A stretch of DNA of 64,000 bases from Candidatus Uhrbacteria bacterium (GCA_943359325.1 CALRHD010000003.1:12081-76080), one strand, 5' to 3'. Counted from the stretch's first letter, positions 50,060 through 59,413 are shown. The notes: generated by a model not told the origin, from the sequence alone. Translations and numbers: made by a program.

Positions 50060-50743
50060 ATGATACGTTTTTCGAACGTGAGTAAGCACTATCCACCGTC
50101 GACCACTGCGCTGCACGGAGTGAGTTTTCATGTTGAGCCGGGAGAATTTGTTTCCATTGTCGGACAAAGTGGCAGTGGGAAGACAACGCTCGCAAAATTA
50201 TTGTTTGCCGAGGAGCGGCCGACAACAGGGAAGGTTGTTGTTGGCGACTGGGACATTACCGACATTCATCGGCGCGACATTCCTGTGTTGCGTCGGCAGA
50301 TTGGCGTCGTGTTTCAAGACTTCAAATTGCTCGCACGGAAAACCGTGCACGAAAATGTTGCGTTTGCGCTCGAAGTGGCAGGGGCAACTTCGGCACGCAT
50401 TCGTGAAGTTGTGCCGCAGGTTTTAAAAATCGTCGGGCTTGGAGACAAAGCGGAGCGGTATCCCCGCCAGCTTTCGGGCGGTGAAGCGCAGCGCGTTTCT
50501 ATTGCTCGGGCGCTTGTTCACCGGCCGAAAATTATTGTCGCCGACGAACCCACAGGGAACCTCGACGCTATCACGTCGCGCGAAATCATCGACCTTCTGA
50601 AACGCATCAACGAGTTTGGCACCACCGTCGTCTTGGTGACGCACGACCGCGACATTGTGAACGCGCTCAAAAAACGTGTACTCACGATTCACCATGGTAA
50701 AGTCGTTTCTGACGTCGCGCACGGCAAATATACACTGGGATAA
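50060..50743 (+). CDS. ftsE: Cell division ATP-binding protein FtsE
   Basis: GQSGSGKTT, RRQIGVVFQDFKLL, LSGGE and ADEPTGNLD motifs. Confidence 0.93.
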   Translation: MIRFSNVSKHYPPSTTALHGVSFHVEPGEFVSIVGQSGSGKTTLAKLLFAEERPTTGKVVVGDWDITDIHRRDIPVLRRQIGVVFQDFKLLARKTVHENVAFALEVAGATSARIREVVPQVLKIVGLGDKAERYPRQLSGGEAQRVSIARALVHRPKIIVADEPTGNLDAITSREIIDLLKRINEFGTTVVLVTHDRDIVNALKKRVLTIHHGKVVSDVAHGKYTLG

Positions 50744-50744
50744 T

Positions 50745-51653
50745 ATGCGAACTTTTGCACGCATCATTCGATTTTCGCTCCAGAGCATTTGGCGCAATCT
50801 ATGGCTCTCGTTTGTGACGCTCACAATTTTTGCATTAACGCTCGTCATTGTGAACGTCGTTTTGTTTTTGCACATGACGGCGAACGCTGCACTTCGGTCG
50901 GTCGAAGATAAGGTGCAAGTTGCGGTCTATTTCAATCCGGGCACGTCGCCCGAAATGGAAGCGTCGGTGCGTGGTTATGTACTTGGGCTGCCACAAGTGA
51001 AAACGGTTGATGCGATAACCGCCGACGAGGCGCTTGCGACGTTCAAAACGCGGCATGCAAGTGATGCATCGGTACTTGCAGCGCTCGACGAAGTTGGTGG
51101 CAATCCGTTTGGTGATGCGCTTGTTATTTCGGCACGTTCGCCAGACGATTTTGCGTTTATTTTGGAGGCGGTCAAACGGCCGGAATATGTCGGTAGCATT
51201 AAGGAGACTGACTACACCGACTACAAAGACGTCATCGCGCGGCTCTCGCTTTTTTCCGAGCGCATTCGATGGAGCGGGCTAGCGCTTGCGGCATTTTTCG
51301 CGCTTATTTCTGTCATGATCATATTCAACTCCATTCGTATCGCCATTTATGTGCACCGCGATGAAATTGCAATCATGAAACTCGTTGGCGCACACGATTG
51401 GTTTGTGCGTGCGCCGTTTTTGCTCGAAATTGTTTTCCTTTCATGTATTGCAACGGCAGCGGTTGCAGGCGTGGTGCTTGCAACGGCGCACTCTATCGAC
51501 GGCTGGTTCTTGCGTTACATTGAAGCGGACATTAGTGTGTGGCACTACTTCTCCGCAAACGCGTTTACAATTTTCGGCGCGGAATTCCTTGCACTTTCCA
51601 TTCTCGGCCTACTCACCACGTACGTCGCCATGCGCCGACATTTACGGGTTTAG
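50745..51653 (+). CDS. ftsX: Cell division permease FtsX
   Basis: RNLWLS, four-TM layout and IFNSIRIAIY..RDEIAIMKLVGA..WFVRAPFLLE. Confidence 0.92.
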   Translation: MRTFARIIRFSLQSIWRNLWLSFVTLTIFALTLVIVNVVLFLHMTANAALRSVEDKVQVAVYFNPGTSPEMEASVRGYVLGLPQVKTVDAITADEALATFKTRHASDASVLAALDEVGGNPFGDALVISARSPDDFAFILEAVKRPEYVGSIKETDYTDYKDVIARLSLFSERIRWSGLALAAFFALISVMIIFNSIRIAIYVHRDEIAIMKLVGAHDWFVRAPFLLEIVFLSCIATAAVAGVVLATAHSIDGWFLRYIEADISVWHYFSANAFTIFGAEFLALSILGLLTTYVAMRRHLRV

Positions 51654-53422
51654 CGCAGCGCATCAAGCTCACCGAGCAGGTGAAGCAATTCGTCCTCATC
51701 TTTTTTGAGTGTCGTGGTTATTTCCTTCAGCTCGTGATTTTTTTCAGGCGCGTAGTCGGTCGGGTTATCGAAGAAAAATTGCAGGAGTTCGCTTTTGCGT
51801 TTTTCTTTTTCCGCAATGCGTTTTTCGCAATGTTGCGCAGCGCGTTGTTTTTCGCGCAGTGCCATGCGTTTTTGCTGGCGATGTTCTTCTGGAGCATTGT
51901 CGCCTGCGACTTTTTCCGTTTCACCCGACACATCAGCGTCGAGAATATCTTCAAGCATCGCAACGTACTCTTCGTACGTTCCTGCATAATTTTTCGCCGT
52001 ACCGCCCTTTACTTCCACGATGCGCGTTGCAACGATGTTCACAAACGTACGGTCGTGACTCACAAAAATGACTGTGCCACCATAGAGACGGAGCGCAGTT
52101 GCAAGCGCTTCCGACGTTTCGACGTCTAAGTGGTTCGTTGGTTCGTCGAGGAGAAGAACATTGTGCTGCTGCAACAGGATACCTGCCAAACATAGCCGCG
52201 CTTTTTCGCCGCCCGAAAGTACGTCAATAGTTTTGGAAAGGTCGTCGCGTCGGAAGAGAAAATTTCCGGCCATGCGAAGTACATCTTCTTCACGTTTGTC
52301 TCCGGGAGCATTGCGGCGAAGGTATTCATCGACGCGTTCGCGAGAGTCGAGTGCTGCTTCGACGTGCTGCGCGTAGTAGCCAATGTCGGCACGGTGCCAC
52401 CATGCAACTTTGCCGTCGAGCGGTTTCAAATCGCCTGCAAGCGTTTTAAGAAGCGTTGTTTTCCCTTGGCCGTTGTTGCCGACGATAACGACACGTTCGC
52501 CTCGAGGAATGTCGAACGAAATATTTTCTGCGACAATATGATGCGCATAGCCTACGCTGAGTTTGTCTGCGCGCACCGCGCTGCCCGGCTTTGTAATAAC
52601 GACAGGGAGAGAAATTCGTGCCGTCGGCAGTGCATGGTCGATGCCAATCGTGTGCAACTTTGCAATCATTTTCATGCGCGCTTGTGCCTGTTTCGCTTTG
52701 GATGCTTTATAGCGAAAGCGGTCGACGTATTCTTGCAGGTGCGCTTTTTGTGCGAGCGTTTTTTTGTTCGATTTTTCTTGCCACGCGAGCAGCGCAAGTT
52801 TTTGCTCGAGAAATGTTTCGAGGTCGGCGTCAAGGAACGTCAGCCTACCGCGCTCCACTTCGAGCGTCGACGTGCACGTGCGTTTCAAAAATTCGCGATC
52901 GTGAGAAATGACGAGTGCACTGCCGCGATACGTTCGCAAAAAATGTTCGAGGAGGAGCAGCGTGGAGAGGTCGAGATAGTTTGTCGGTTCGTCGAGAAGG
53001 AGCAAGTTTGGTTCAGCAAGAAGCGTTGCTGCGAGTTTGACGCGCATGCGATAACCGCCAGAAAGTTCCGATGCGACACGCAAAAGCATGTCGCGCTTTA
53101 TTTGGAACTGTCCCGCCATTTTTGCGCATGCCCAGTCTTCTTTTCCCGACGTTCGCATGAGAAACGCGAGCACGGTTTCGCCCGTCGGGAATTCCGCATG
53201 TTGTTCAAGATAGCCAATGTGTGCGGCGGGGAGGTGCATAATTGTTCCGCTGTCGCACTCTTCTGTTCCAAGCATCAGTTTGAATAGTGTCGACTTTCCT
53301 GCGCCATTGCGCCCAATGACCGCGGTTTTTTGCGCGTCGCCAATTACCAAACCTGCTCCGTCAAAAATAACGTGGTTACCGAATTTTTTGAAGAGGTTGG
53401 TAATTTCGATAAGTGGGCGCAT
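51650..53422 (-). CDS. ABC-F family ATPase
   Basis: Two NBDs (GRNGAGKST/LSGG/DEPTNYLD and GNNGQGKTT/LSGGE/DEPTNHLD), no TM segments. Confidence 0.92.
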   Translation of the reverse strand: MRPLIEITNLFKKFGNHVIFDGAGLVIGDAQKTAVIGRNGAGKSTLFKLMLGTEECDSGTIMHLPAAHIGYLEQHAEFPTGETVLAFLMRTSGKEDWACAKMAGQFQIKRDMLLRVASELSGGYRMRVKLAATLLAEPNLLLLDEPTNYLDLSTLLLLEHFLRTYRGSALVISHDREFLKRTCTSTLEVERGRLTFLDADLETFLEQKLALLAWQEKSNKKTLAQKAHLQEYVDRFRYKASKAKQAQARMKMIAKLHTIGIDHALPTARISLPVVITKPGSAVRADKLSVGYAHHIVAENISFDIPRGERVVIVGNNGQGKTTLLKTLAGDLKPLDGKVAWWHRADIGYYAQHVEAALDSRERVDEYLRRNAPGDKREEDVLRMAGNFLFRRDDLSKTIDVLSGGEKARLCLAGILLQQHNVLLLDEPTNHLDVETSEALATALRLYGGTVIFVSHDRTFVNIVATRIVEVKGGTAKNYAGTYEEYVAMLEDILDADVSGETEKVAGDNAPEEHRQQKRMALREKQRAAQHCEKRIAEKEKRKSELLQFFFDNPTDYAPEKNHELKEITTTLKKDEDELLHLLGELDALR

Positions 53423-53472
53423 AGCGGCAAAAGGATAGCACAAGGCTGCAATGTCGCGTATACTCGGTGTAT

Positions 53473-53934
53473 ATGACCATTATTATTTTAAAACTCTGGC
53501 TCTGGCGTGGGTTGAGCCTGTGTGTGTTTCTCATTATTTCGGCGATGCTTGTGTACGCATTTCGTCACTGGATGTCCGACAGACGGATGTTTGCGAACGG
53601 TTACACGACGTCGGCATTTGTCGAGAAAAAAGAAGCCATACATGTCGATGCACGAATCGGGACGCAACTCTACGTCACGGTTTCGTATCGTTTTGGCGAG
53701 GATTCGTATCGTAAGCGACTTCGTGTGAGTCAAGTTGCGTATGACGGCGTTACAGAGGGAACCAATACCACCATTATGTATAACGTCGAGGATGCATTTG
53801 GCGTCTATCTTTTGAATGACGCAACCCGTAGTGACGTCATGCAAAACTATCTTGCGCGATTTCTCATCGGCGGACTCTTCTGGGCATTCACTGCTTTCTG
53901 GGTCTACGCGACGTTTTTTTGGATAAAGCGATAA
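53473..53934 (+). CDS. Hypothetical membrane protein (DUF3592-like)
   Basis: TM-beta domain-TM architecture. Confidence 0.55.
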   Translation: MTIIILKLWLWRGLSLCVFLIISAMLVYAFRHWMSDRRMFANGYTTSAFVEKKEAIHVDARIGTQLYVTVSYRFGEDSYRKRLRVSQVAYDGVTEGTNTTIMYNVEDAFGVYLLNDATRSDVMQNYLARFLIGGLFWAFTAFWVYATFFWIKR

Positions 53935-54017
53935 TGGGGTCAGGTCTTGCATCCTGCATTTGATCTTCTGTAGTTTTTCGCGTACGATCCTTGCGAAACA
54001 AGATGCAACAAGAGCGA

Positions 54018-54091
54018 TCCGGGATCGTCTAAAGGCAGGACAGCGGCCTTTGAAGCCGTGAATCGTGGTTCGAATCCACGTCCCGGAACCA
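54018..54091 (+). tRNA. tRNA-Gln(TTG)
   Basis: TCCGGGATCGTCTAAAGGCAGGAC..CT-TTG-AA..GGTTCGAATCCACGTCCCGGAACCA. Confidence 0.95.
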
Positions 54092-54166
54092 TCACGACCT
54101 GTTCCTACAGACCGGGACAGGGGGTGACCAGCAAAAAGCCCGAAGTCGCAAGACTCCGGGCTTTTG
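54086..54166 (+). repeat. att-like double-hairpin element, copy 1 (overlaps the tRNA-Gln 3' end)
   Basis: GAACCATCACG..GTTCCTACAGACCGG..GTGACCAG..CCCGAAGTC..CGGG.TTTT, repeated at 56467-56547. Confidence 0.75.
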
Positions 54167-54375
54167 CGTTACTTGATTGTTTGGTGATTCTTACTCTATT
54201 GCAGTATTATGTCTGTGTTCATTGAAGTGGAATTGGAGCTGGCGAGCAGGTGCGGTCAGCCGCTGAGGTGTTGAGTTAGCTAGGCGGGTTCAGACCCCTC
54301 CCGAGAGCATCGTAGATAGTGCTTTTGGGCGGGGGTTGTCTTGAACCCCTGATCTAATTCTTAACACCAAACGAT

Positions 54376-54549
54376 ATGGCCAAAAAAGTCATCGTTCGCA
54401 CTGGTGGAATTGCACCCACTTCGGGTCAGTACCATCCGTCTGGTAGTCGCGACGAGGTTACCCTTGTAAAGGGAAAACGCGTCCCGCCTAACAACGAAGG
54501 TGTTCGCCAAACGTTTACGCTGGTCGATAAGACCAAGCATAAACGCTAA
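54376..54549 (+). CDS. YjzC-like small protein (57 aa, absent from the ORF track)
   Basis: MAKKVIVRTGGIAPTSGQYHPSGSRDEVTLVKGKRVPPNNEGVRQTFTLVDKTKHKR; matches the G..AP.SGQY..EVT..KG...PP pattern. Confidence 0.7.
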   Translation: MAKKVIVRTGGIAPTSGQYHPSGSRDEVTLVKGKRVPPNNEGVRQTFTLVDKTKHKR

Positions 54550-54599
54550 GCAAACGTAAATCCTTCTCGTCAGCTTTAAAACCGTTTCAGAATCTGTTT

Positions 54600-55463
54600 A
54601 TGAGAAATAAATTTATCGACGGGGTTTTTGAAGCCACCAATCAGGAGGAGCCATTTGTTTATCTTGAAAAGAAGTTCGGCAAACTTTCAGAAAAAACTCT
54701 GAAAGAAAATTTGATTCAGTTCGGGGTACTACCCGAGGTATTCAAGCACGATAGTTCCGAGGAGAAAAATTGGGCAAAATTATCTGACATCATCCTTGCT
54801 CAGGCATTGAGTTATTTGGATATCCCGTCCGAAGTTTTAAGAACTCGTGGAAATTCTGCCGATGTTTTTGGTCGATCAAAAAAGTACACGATTATTGGAG
54901 ACGCAAAAACGTTTCGTCTCAGCAGAACCGCGAAGAATCAAAAAGATTTCAAGATTAAAGCACTGGATGATTGGCGACGAGAGAATACTTACGCCATCTT
55001 GGTTTCACCGCTTTCACAGTATCCGACAACGAACAGCCAGATATATTTTCAAGCGATTGATAAGAACGTTACTTTACTTTCTTACCTTCACCTCAAATTA
55101 CTTTTGGATTTCGGAATTAAAAATGACAAGTTGGAAAAACTGTGGTGCGTTGGCCGTGCTTTGAAAACGGAAACCAAGGCCGCGGACCATGCCAAGGCTC
55201 GTCCGTATTGGCAAAAGGTGAATGAGACTGTTTGTGAGATTGCGAACGTTGGAATGGAGAAAATCCTCGAATATAAGGATGCGGAAATTCAAATAACCCG
55301 CGATCTTGGACATGAAGGTATTCGATATTGGGAGACCAAAATTGAAGAATGCAAGCAGCTGCCAAAGGCCGAGGCAATTCGCCGGTTGATTAAGGCGGAA
55401 AAATTCGAATCAAAAATCGTCACAATCAAAAAGGCGATTCGATTTGAAGAGGTTGCAGTATGA
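54600..55463 (+). CDS. Type II restriction endonuclease, HindIII family
   Basis: G.LPE...HDSSEEK, RGNSADV and DAK.FRLSRTAKNQKDFK motifs; low GC. Confidence 0.88.
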   Translation: MRNKFIDGVFEATNQEEPFVYLEKKFGKLSEKTLKENLIQFGVLPEVFKHDSSEEKNWAKLSDIILAQALSYLDIPSEVLRTRGNSADVFGRSKKYTIIGDAKTFRLSRTAKNQKDFKIKALDDWRRENTYAILVSPLSQYPTTNSQIYFQAIDKNVTLLSYLHLKLLLDFGIKNDKLEKLWCVGRALKTETKAADHAKARPYWQKVNETVCEIANVGMEKILEYKDAEIQITRDLGHEGIRYWETKIEECKQLPKAEAIRRLIKAEKFESKIVTIKKAIRFEEVAV

Positions 55464-56371
55464 ACAATCCATACCTAAACAAAATCACTCTTGGTGACTG
55501 TATTCAGCACCTTTCAAAACTTGAAAAAGGGTCTGTTGATTTGTTTTTATCGGATATTCCCTACGGAATAAGCCTCGATGAGTGGGATGTTCTTCACAAC
55601 AACACAAATTCAGCGTTACTTGGCCAATCACCGGCGCAGGTCGGGAAAAGTGGTTTCAAGAAACGTGGCAAACCGATTAACGGTTGGTGTGAGGGCGATA
55701 AAAATATCGGAAAACAATACGAGGATTGGGTTTATAGCTGGTCACAACAACTCCTCCCCGTAATGAAAAAAGGCAGCAGCCTATATGTCTTTGGTGCGCG
55801 GCGGACCTTACATAGGGTTATAAATGCTTTTGAAAATTCGGGATTCCTGCTGCGTGATGTTTTGGCGTGGAAGAAAAATTCAGCTCATCATCGAGCTCAA
55901 CGACTCAGCGGTATTTTTGAAAAGCGAGGGCTTAAAAAAGAAGCAATCGACTGGGATGGTTGGAGACTGGGCAACCTCGCTCCGATCTATGAGCCGATCG
56001 CTTGGTTTTTTAAACCCTACGACTACACAATTACTGATAACATCCTTGAGCACGGTGTTGGAGCTCTTAACATGGACGGTGTAAAACTAAACGGGATCAG
56101 TCCTACTAATCTCCTCGAGTATGGTTTCCGAGCTGACGAAGAACGAATACATGAAGCGCAAAAGCCTGAAAGTTTAATCGAATTTCTCATTAAACTTTCT
56201 TCTCGCGAGGGTAATGTCATTCTAGATCCATTCATGGGAAGCGGGACTACGGCTGTATCGGCAAGCAAAATGGGTAGAGATTATATTGGTTTTGAGTTGA
56301 TAGAAGACTATTGGAAAAAATCACAAGAGCGTTTAAAAAATGCTGAAAAGCAGGCAGTACTTTTTAGGTAA
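55460..56371 (+). CDS. Site-specific adenine DNA methyltransferase (M.HindIII-like, beta class)
   Basis: DIPY (motif IV), WDVLH.NTNSALLG.SPAQ, H..QKP and LDPFMGSGTT (motif I). Confidence 0.9.
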   Translation: MNNPYLNKITLGDCIQHLSKLEKGSVDLFLSDIPYGISLDEWDVLHNNTNSALLGQSPAQVGKSGFKKRGKPINGWCEGDKNIGKQYEDWVYSWSQQLLPVMKKGSSLYVFGARRTLHRVINAFENSGFLLRDVLAWKKNSAHHRAQRLSGIFEKRGLKKEAIDWDGWRLGNLAPIYEPIAWFFKPYDYTITDNILEHGVGALNMDGVKLNGISPTNLLEYGFRADEERIHEAQKPESLIEFLIKLSSREGNVILDPFMGSGTTAVSASKMGRDYIGFELIEDYWKKSQERLKNAEKQAVLFR

Positions 56372-56379
56372 TTTGTAGT

Positions 56380-56412
56380 GGTTCTATCCGACCGGGACAG
56401 GGTTGGTGAGCA
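56380..56412 (+). repeat. Partial att-like repeat
   Basis: GACCGGGACAGGG at 56390-56402 is identical to 54110-54122. Confidence 0.7.
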
Positions 56413-56466
56413 TATAGAAGGGTGTCCTAAAGCCCCCTCAAGGGCCTCAAGCGAGACCGGGCCGCA

Positions 56467-56547
56467 GAACCATCACGGAACGTTCCTACATGACCGGAAT
56501 GCTTCGTGACCAGTAAAGACCCGAAGTCTCACGACCTCGGGTTTTTG
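56467..56547 (+). repeat. att-like double-hairpin element, copy 2
   Basis: GAACCATCACGGAACGTTCCTACATGACCGGAATGCTTCGTGACCAG..CCCGAAGTC..CTCGGGTTTTT. Confidence 0.75.
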
Positions 56548-56660
56548 CTTTGTGCGGTTGTTTGGCGACCCTTAGTTTTTCCTAGTCTTTTCGACGATAC
56601 CAACTTGTCATCGCCAGCGGCGATCATGACGACGGCTCCACTTTTTGCTACACTGTTGGC

Positions 56661-57080
56661 ATGTTTTCTTGGACTTCGACAAAAGTTGAAATACAACGAT
56701 TCGCTTCGATGGCGATTCTTATGGCCGTCGCGGGAATGTTTGTGGTTCTTTCCTGTTACGGTGAGTCAATGCAATTTAATAATGGTTTTGGCTTTCACCA
56801 GAGTTCCCAATCCTGCGAAGAACACATCAGTCAGCCGGGGGACGTCCATACGGACAAGTGCATCTTTGACGGAGTGGTTTTGCCTGAGGGAAACTCGTTC
56901 GCCGCCGCATTGTTGATCGTCGCTTTTTTCGTTCTCTTTCCAACATTTCCGGAGCGATACAATCGTTCGACAAAGATTTCGCGCATTTATAATCGGCTTA
57001 AACGCTGGGTTTGGGCGAAGAACCTTCCATTTTCTTTTCTTGGATTTTTTCCCTATTTCGCCGCAATTCGCGATTACTAA
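56661..57080 (+). CDS. Putative Cys/His membrane leader protein upstream of dsbA
   Basis: TM, CEEH..H..C, second TM, tail ending AIRDY; extended -10 box 6 nt upstream. Confidence 0.6.
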   Translation: MFSWTSTKVEIQRFASMAILMAVAGMFVVLSCYGESMQFNNGFGFHQSSQSCEEHISQPGDVHTDKCIFDGVVLPEGNSFAAALLIVAFFVLFPTFPERYNRSTKISRIYNRLKRWVWAKNLPFSFLGFFPYFAAIRDY

Positions 57081-57125
57081 CACTTCGAGTTAAGAGCCGT
57101 TTCTTTTAACTCTTATTTTTGTATT

Positions 57126-57908
57126 ATGTTTCACGATGAAAAAGGTGGATTCTTTGACGGAATCCGACCGAAGACGAGTTTCGTTTTCGGTTTAGTATCG
57201 GGCGTTGCCCTTATCTTGGTTCTGACGAGCGCTGGACTCTTGAGTACTGGTGCCTATATCAAATCTTCAGGAACGACTGGTGGAACGGTTGCTGTGGCTG
57301 ACGCCCTGCCGACAGCCGCCGCGACCGCAGTCAAAACGAAAACACCGACCGGAAAAGTCCCCGAGGTGACGAGTGCCGACCATATCCGCGGCAACAAGGA
57401 CGCCAAAGTGACGTTTATTGAGTACTCGGACTTCGAGTGCCCATTCTGCAAAAAGTTTGAACCGACCATGCAACAAATGGAAAAGGAGTACGGCGACAAG
57501 GTGAGGATTGTCTACCGCCACTTCCCGCTCTCGTTTCACCCAAACGCTCCAAAGGAAGCAGAAGCAGTCGAGTGCGCCAATGATCTCGGCGGCAACGATG
57601 CCTTCTGGAAATATCACGACGCCATCTTGGAGCGCACGACTTCCGGTGGTACTGGCTTTGCGCTGACCGACCTCGTTCCTCTCGCTAAGGAATTAGGACT
57701 CGACGAAGCGAAGTTTAAGGACTGCTTGGACACCGGCAAGTTCACAAAGCACGTGCAGGATGACGAGGCTGGTGGGGGCAGTGCAGGGATTACTGGCACG
57801 CCGGGATCGTTCATTATTGACGCCAAAGGTACCGCGCAGCTTGTTTCCGGAGCATTGCCGTATGCGTCAATCAAGTCGACTCTTGATGCGGCTCTTGCAG
57901 TGAAATAA
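57126..57908 (+). CDS. DsbA/BdbD-family thiol-disulfide oxidoreductase
   Basis: DHIRG, EYSDFECPFC, YRHFPL and GITGTP motifs. Confidence 0.92.
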   Translation: MFHDEKGGFFDGIRPKTSFVFGLVSGVALILVLTSAGLLSTGAYIKSSGTTGGTVAVADALPTAAATAVKTKTPTGKVPEVTSADHIRGNKDAKVTFIEYSDFECPFCKKFEPTMQQMEKEYGDKVRIVYRHFPLSFHPNAPKEAEAVECANDLGGNDAFWKYHDAILERTTSGGTGFALTDLVPLAKELGLDEAKFKDCLDTGKFTKHVQDDEAGGGSAGITGTPGSFIIDAKGTAQLVSGALPYASIKSTLDAALAVK

Positions 57909-57909
57909 T

Positions 57910-58191
57910 ATGGATGCTCGAAAGGAACGTGAAGCCTTTCGCGGCGCAATGAGTGAGGTGTTTCGTCCCCAGTGGCGCAAAACCACGTTCGCCCTCCTCG
58001 TTGTGGTGACGTTTCTCGTGTTCATCTGGATTCCTGTGGAGCTTACCCTGGGCAATAATTTCTTCTTCCTGAAGTACAATTGGCAGATCACGATTGCCGC
58101 GACGGCCCTTGTCTTGCTCGCGATCTGGTTTGCCGGAAGAAACATCGCTGACGGTTGCCGTTCGTGCGGGATTGAGGGACAATGCTCGTAA
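57910..58191 (+). CDS. Small membrane protein with C-terminal CxxC..C
   Basis: Two TMs; ends GCRSCGIEGQCS. Confidence 0.6.
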   Translation: MDARKEREAFRGAMSEVFRPQWRKTTFALLVVVTFLVFIWIPVELTLGNNFFFLKYNWQITIAATALVLLAIWFAGRNIADGCRSCGIEGQCS

Positions 58192-58246
58192 TAGTAATCG
58201 GGGGTCGGGAATGTTCCGGCCCCCACTAACAAAATACCGTCGACCT

Positions 58247-58645
58247 ATGAACAAGAAGTATTACATCGTGCTCGCGATCCTCGTGGCCATTATTGGTTTC
58301 AAGCTTTTCTCCTCCTCGTCCCAGTCTACGACCAGCGCCAGTGGTGGTGACTATCAGCTAAGCCTCGTGAGCGATCCAAACCCTCCGTCGACCGGCAAGG
58401 ATCTGTTGACTCTCTCCGTTATGGACAGCGCGGGAAAAGCAGTCGACGGTGCGACCGTGGTTTTGGACATCAACATGGCAACGATGAACATGGGCTCACA
58501 AAGCGGAACCGCCACGCCACAGGGGAGTGGGGCTTATCGGTTGAACGCCAACTTCAGCATGGGAGGCCCATGGAAGATTTCCGCAGCAGTGACCCTGCCT
58601 GACGGCCAGACGGTCAGCAAGGACTTTACCGTCAACGTGCGATGA
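58247..58645 (+). CDS. YtkA/FixH-like exported protein
   Basis: Signal anchor, D..GK.V.GA.V, M..MNMG, G.Y and FSMGGPW motifs. Confidence 0.8.
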   Translation: MNKKYYIVLAILVAIIGFKLFSSSSQSTTSASGGDYQLSLVSDPNPPSTGKDLLTLSVMDSAGKAVDGATVVLDINMATMNMGSQSGTATPQGSGAYRLNANFSMGGPWKISAAVTLPDGQTVSKDFTVNVR

Positions 58646-58963
58646 TCACTCTCTATCCAATTACTTCATTTTCGCTCCTCGGCCTGAACCTCTCGGTTCA
58701 CGGCCTGTTCATGGCGCTCGGTGCGCTGACGGGCTGGGTCGCTGCCAAGCGTCCAGCCCGGAAATGCAAGTTGGTGTTCAAATCCAGGGACGGTTGCCGC
58801 GTTCGTTGCGTTCGGCTTTGGCTTGGCTCGATTCCTCATCGACTTCTTGCGGGCTGACCCTTCCGGATACCGAATGATCTCGCAAAGCATGTCGCTCGGA
58901 ATCATGCTCGTCGCCGGATTCTTCCTGTTCAAAAAGCATAGAAGTATGATATATTTGCTCTGA
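58642..58963 (+). pseudogene. Internally deleted, frameshifted prolipoprotein diacylglyceryl transferase (lgt) remnant
   Basis: Lgt-like N-terminus (LGLNLSVHGLFMALG) in one frame and Lgt-like C-terminus (PG..ARFLIDFLRAD..SQSMSL) in another; the core is missing. Confidence 0.6.
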
Positions 58964-58966
58964 TCT

Positions 58967-59344
58967 ATGCGTCAGTTTTTCCTCACATTTTTGCTCGTCG
59001 TGACTGCCGCCGTCAGTTTGATGTTCGGCGGAATGGCCGTTATGAACCACGGCGTTGGCATGATGATGCCGGGTGATAATTGCATGAACGGTGTATGTGC
59101 GACCACGTCCCAAACGGGTGGGATGGACGGTGCCACCTGCCTGTCGCATTGCATCCAAGCTGCGACGGTGAATAGCATCGTCCCCATGAGCACGAGCGTT
59201 CAGTCACTGATTCTCTTTTTCGTCGCCATTCTTTTCGCGAGCGTGTTCAAAGCGGAACCTGTCTCACAATTTTTTAGAACCGACAACGCCATAGGAAAAC
59301 TCCTCCTCAAACGCCAACTTTCAACCGTCATCATCCGGGATTAA
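58967..59344 (+). CDS. Putative Met/Cys/His-rich leader protein (DUF2946/CutF-like architecture)
   Basis: Signal/TM, MNHGVGMMM, CMNGVC, CLSHC, second TM, tail ending STVIIRD. Confidence 0.7.
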   Translation: MRQFFLTFLLVVTAAVSLMFGGMAVMNHGVGMMMPGDNCMNGVCATTSQTGGMDGATCLSHCIQAATVNSIVPMSTSVQSLILFFVAILFASVFKAEPVSQFFRTDNAIGKLLLKRQLSTVIIRD

Positions 59345-59348
59345 TTTT

Positions 59349-59394
59349 AGCCGGGCGGGAGCTTTTGTTTTGCTCTCGCTCGGTTTTTATTTAT
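59349..59394 (+). terminator. Terminator/attenuator-like hairpin
   Basis: agccgggcgggagc-loop-gctctcgctcggtt followed by tttatttat. Confidence 0.6.
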
Positions 59395-59413
59395 CCGCAT
59401 TAAACCATTCGCT

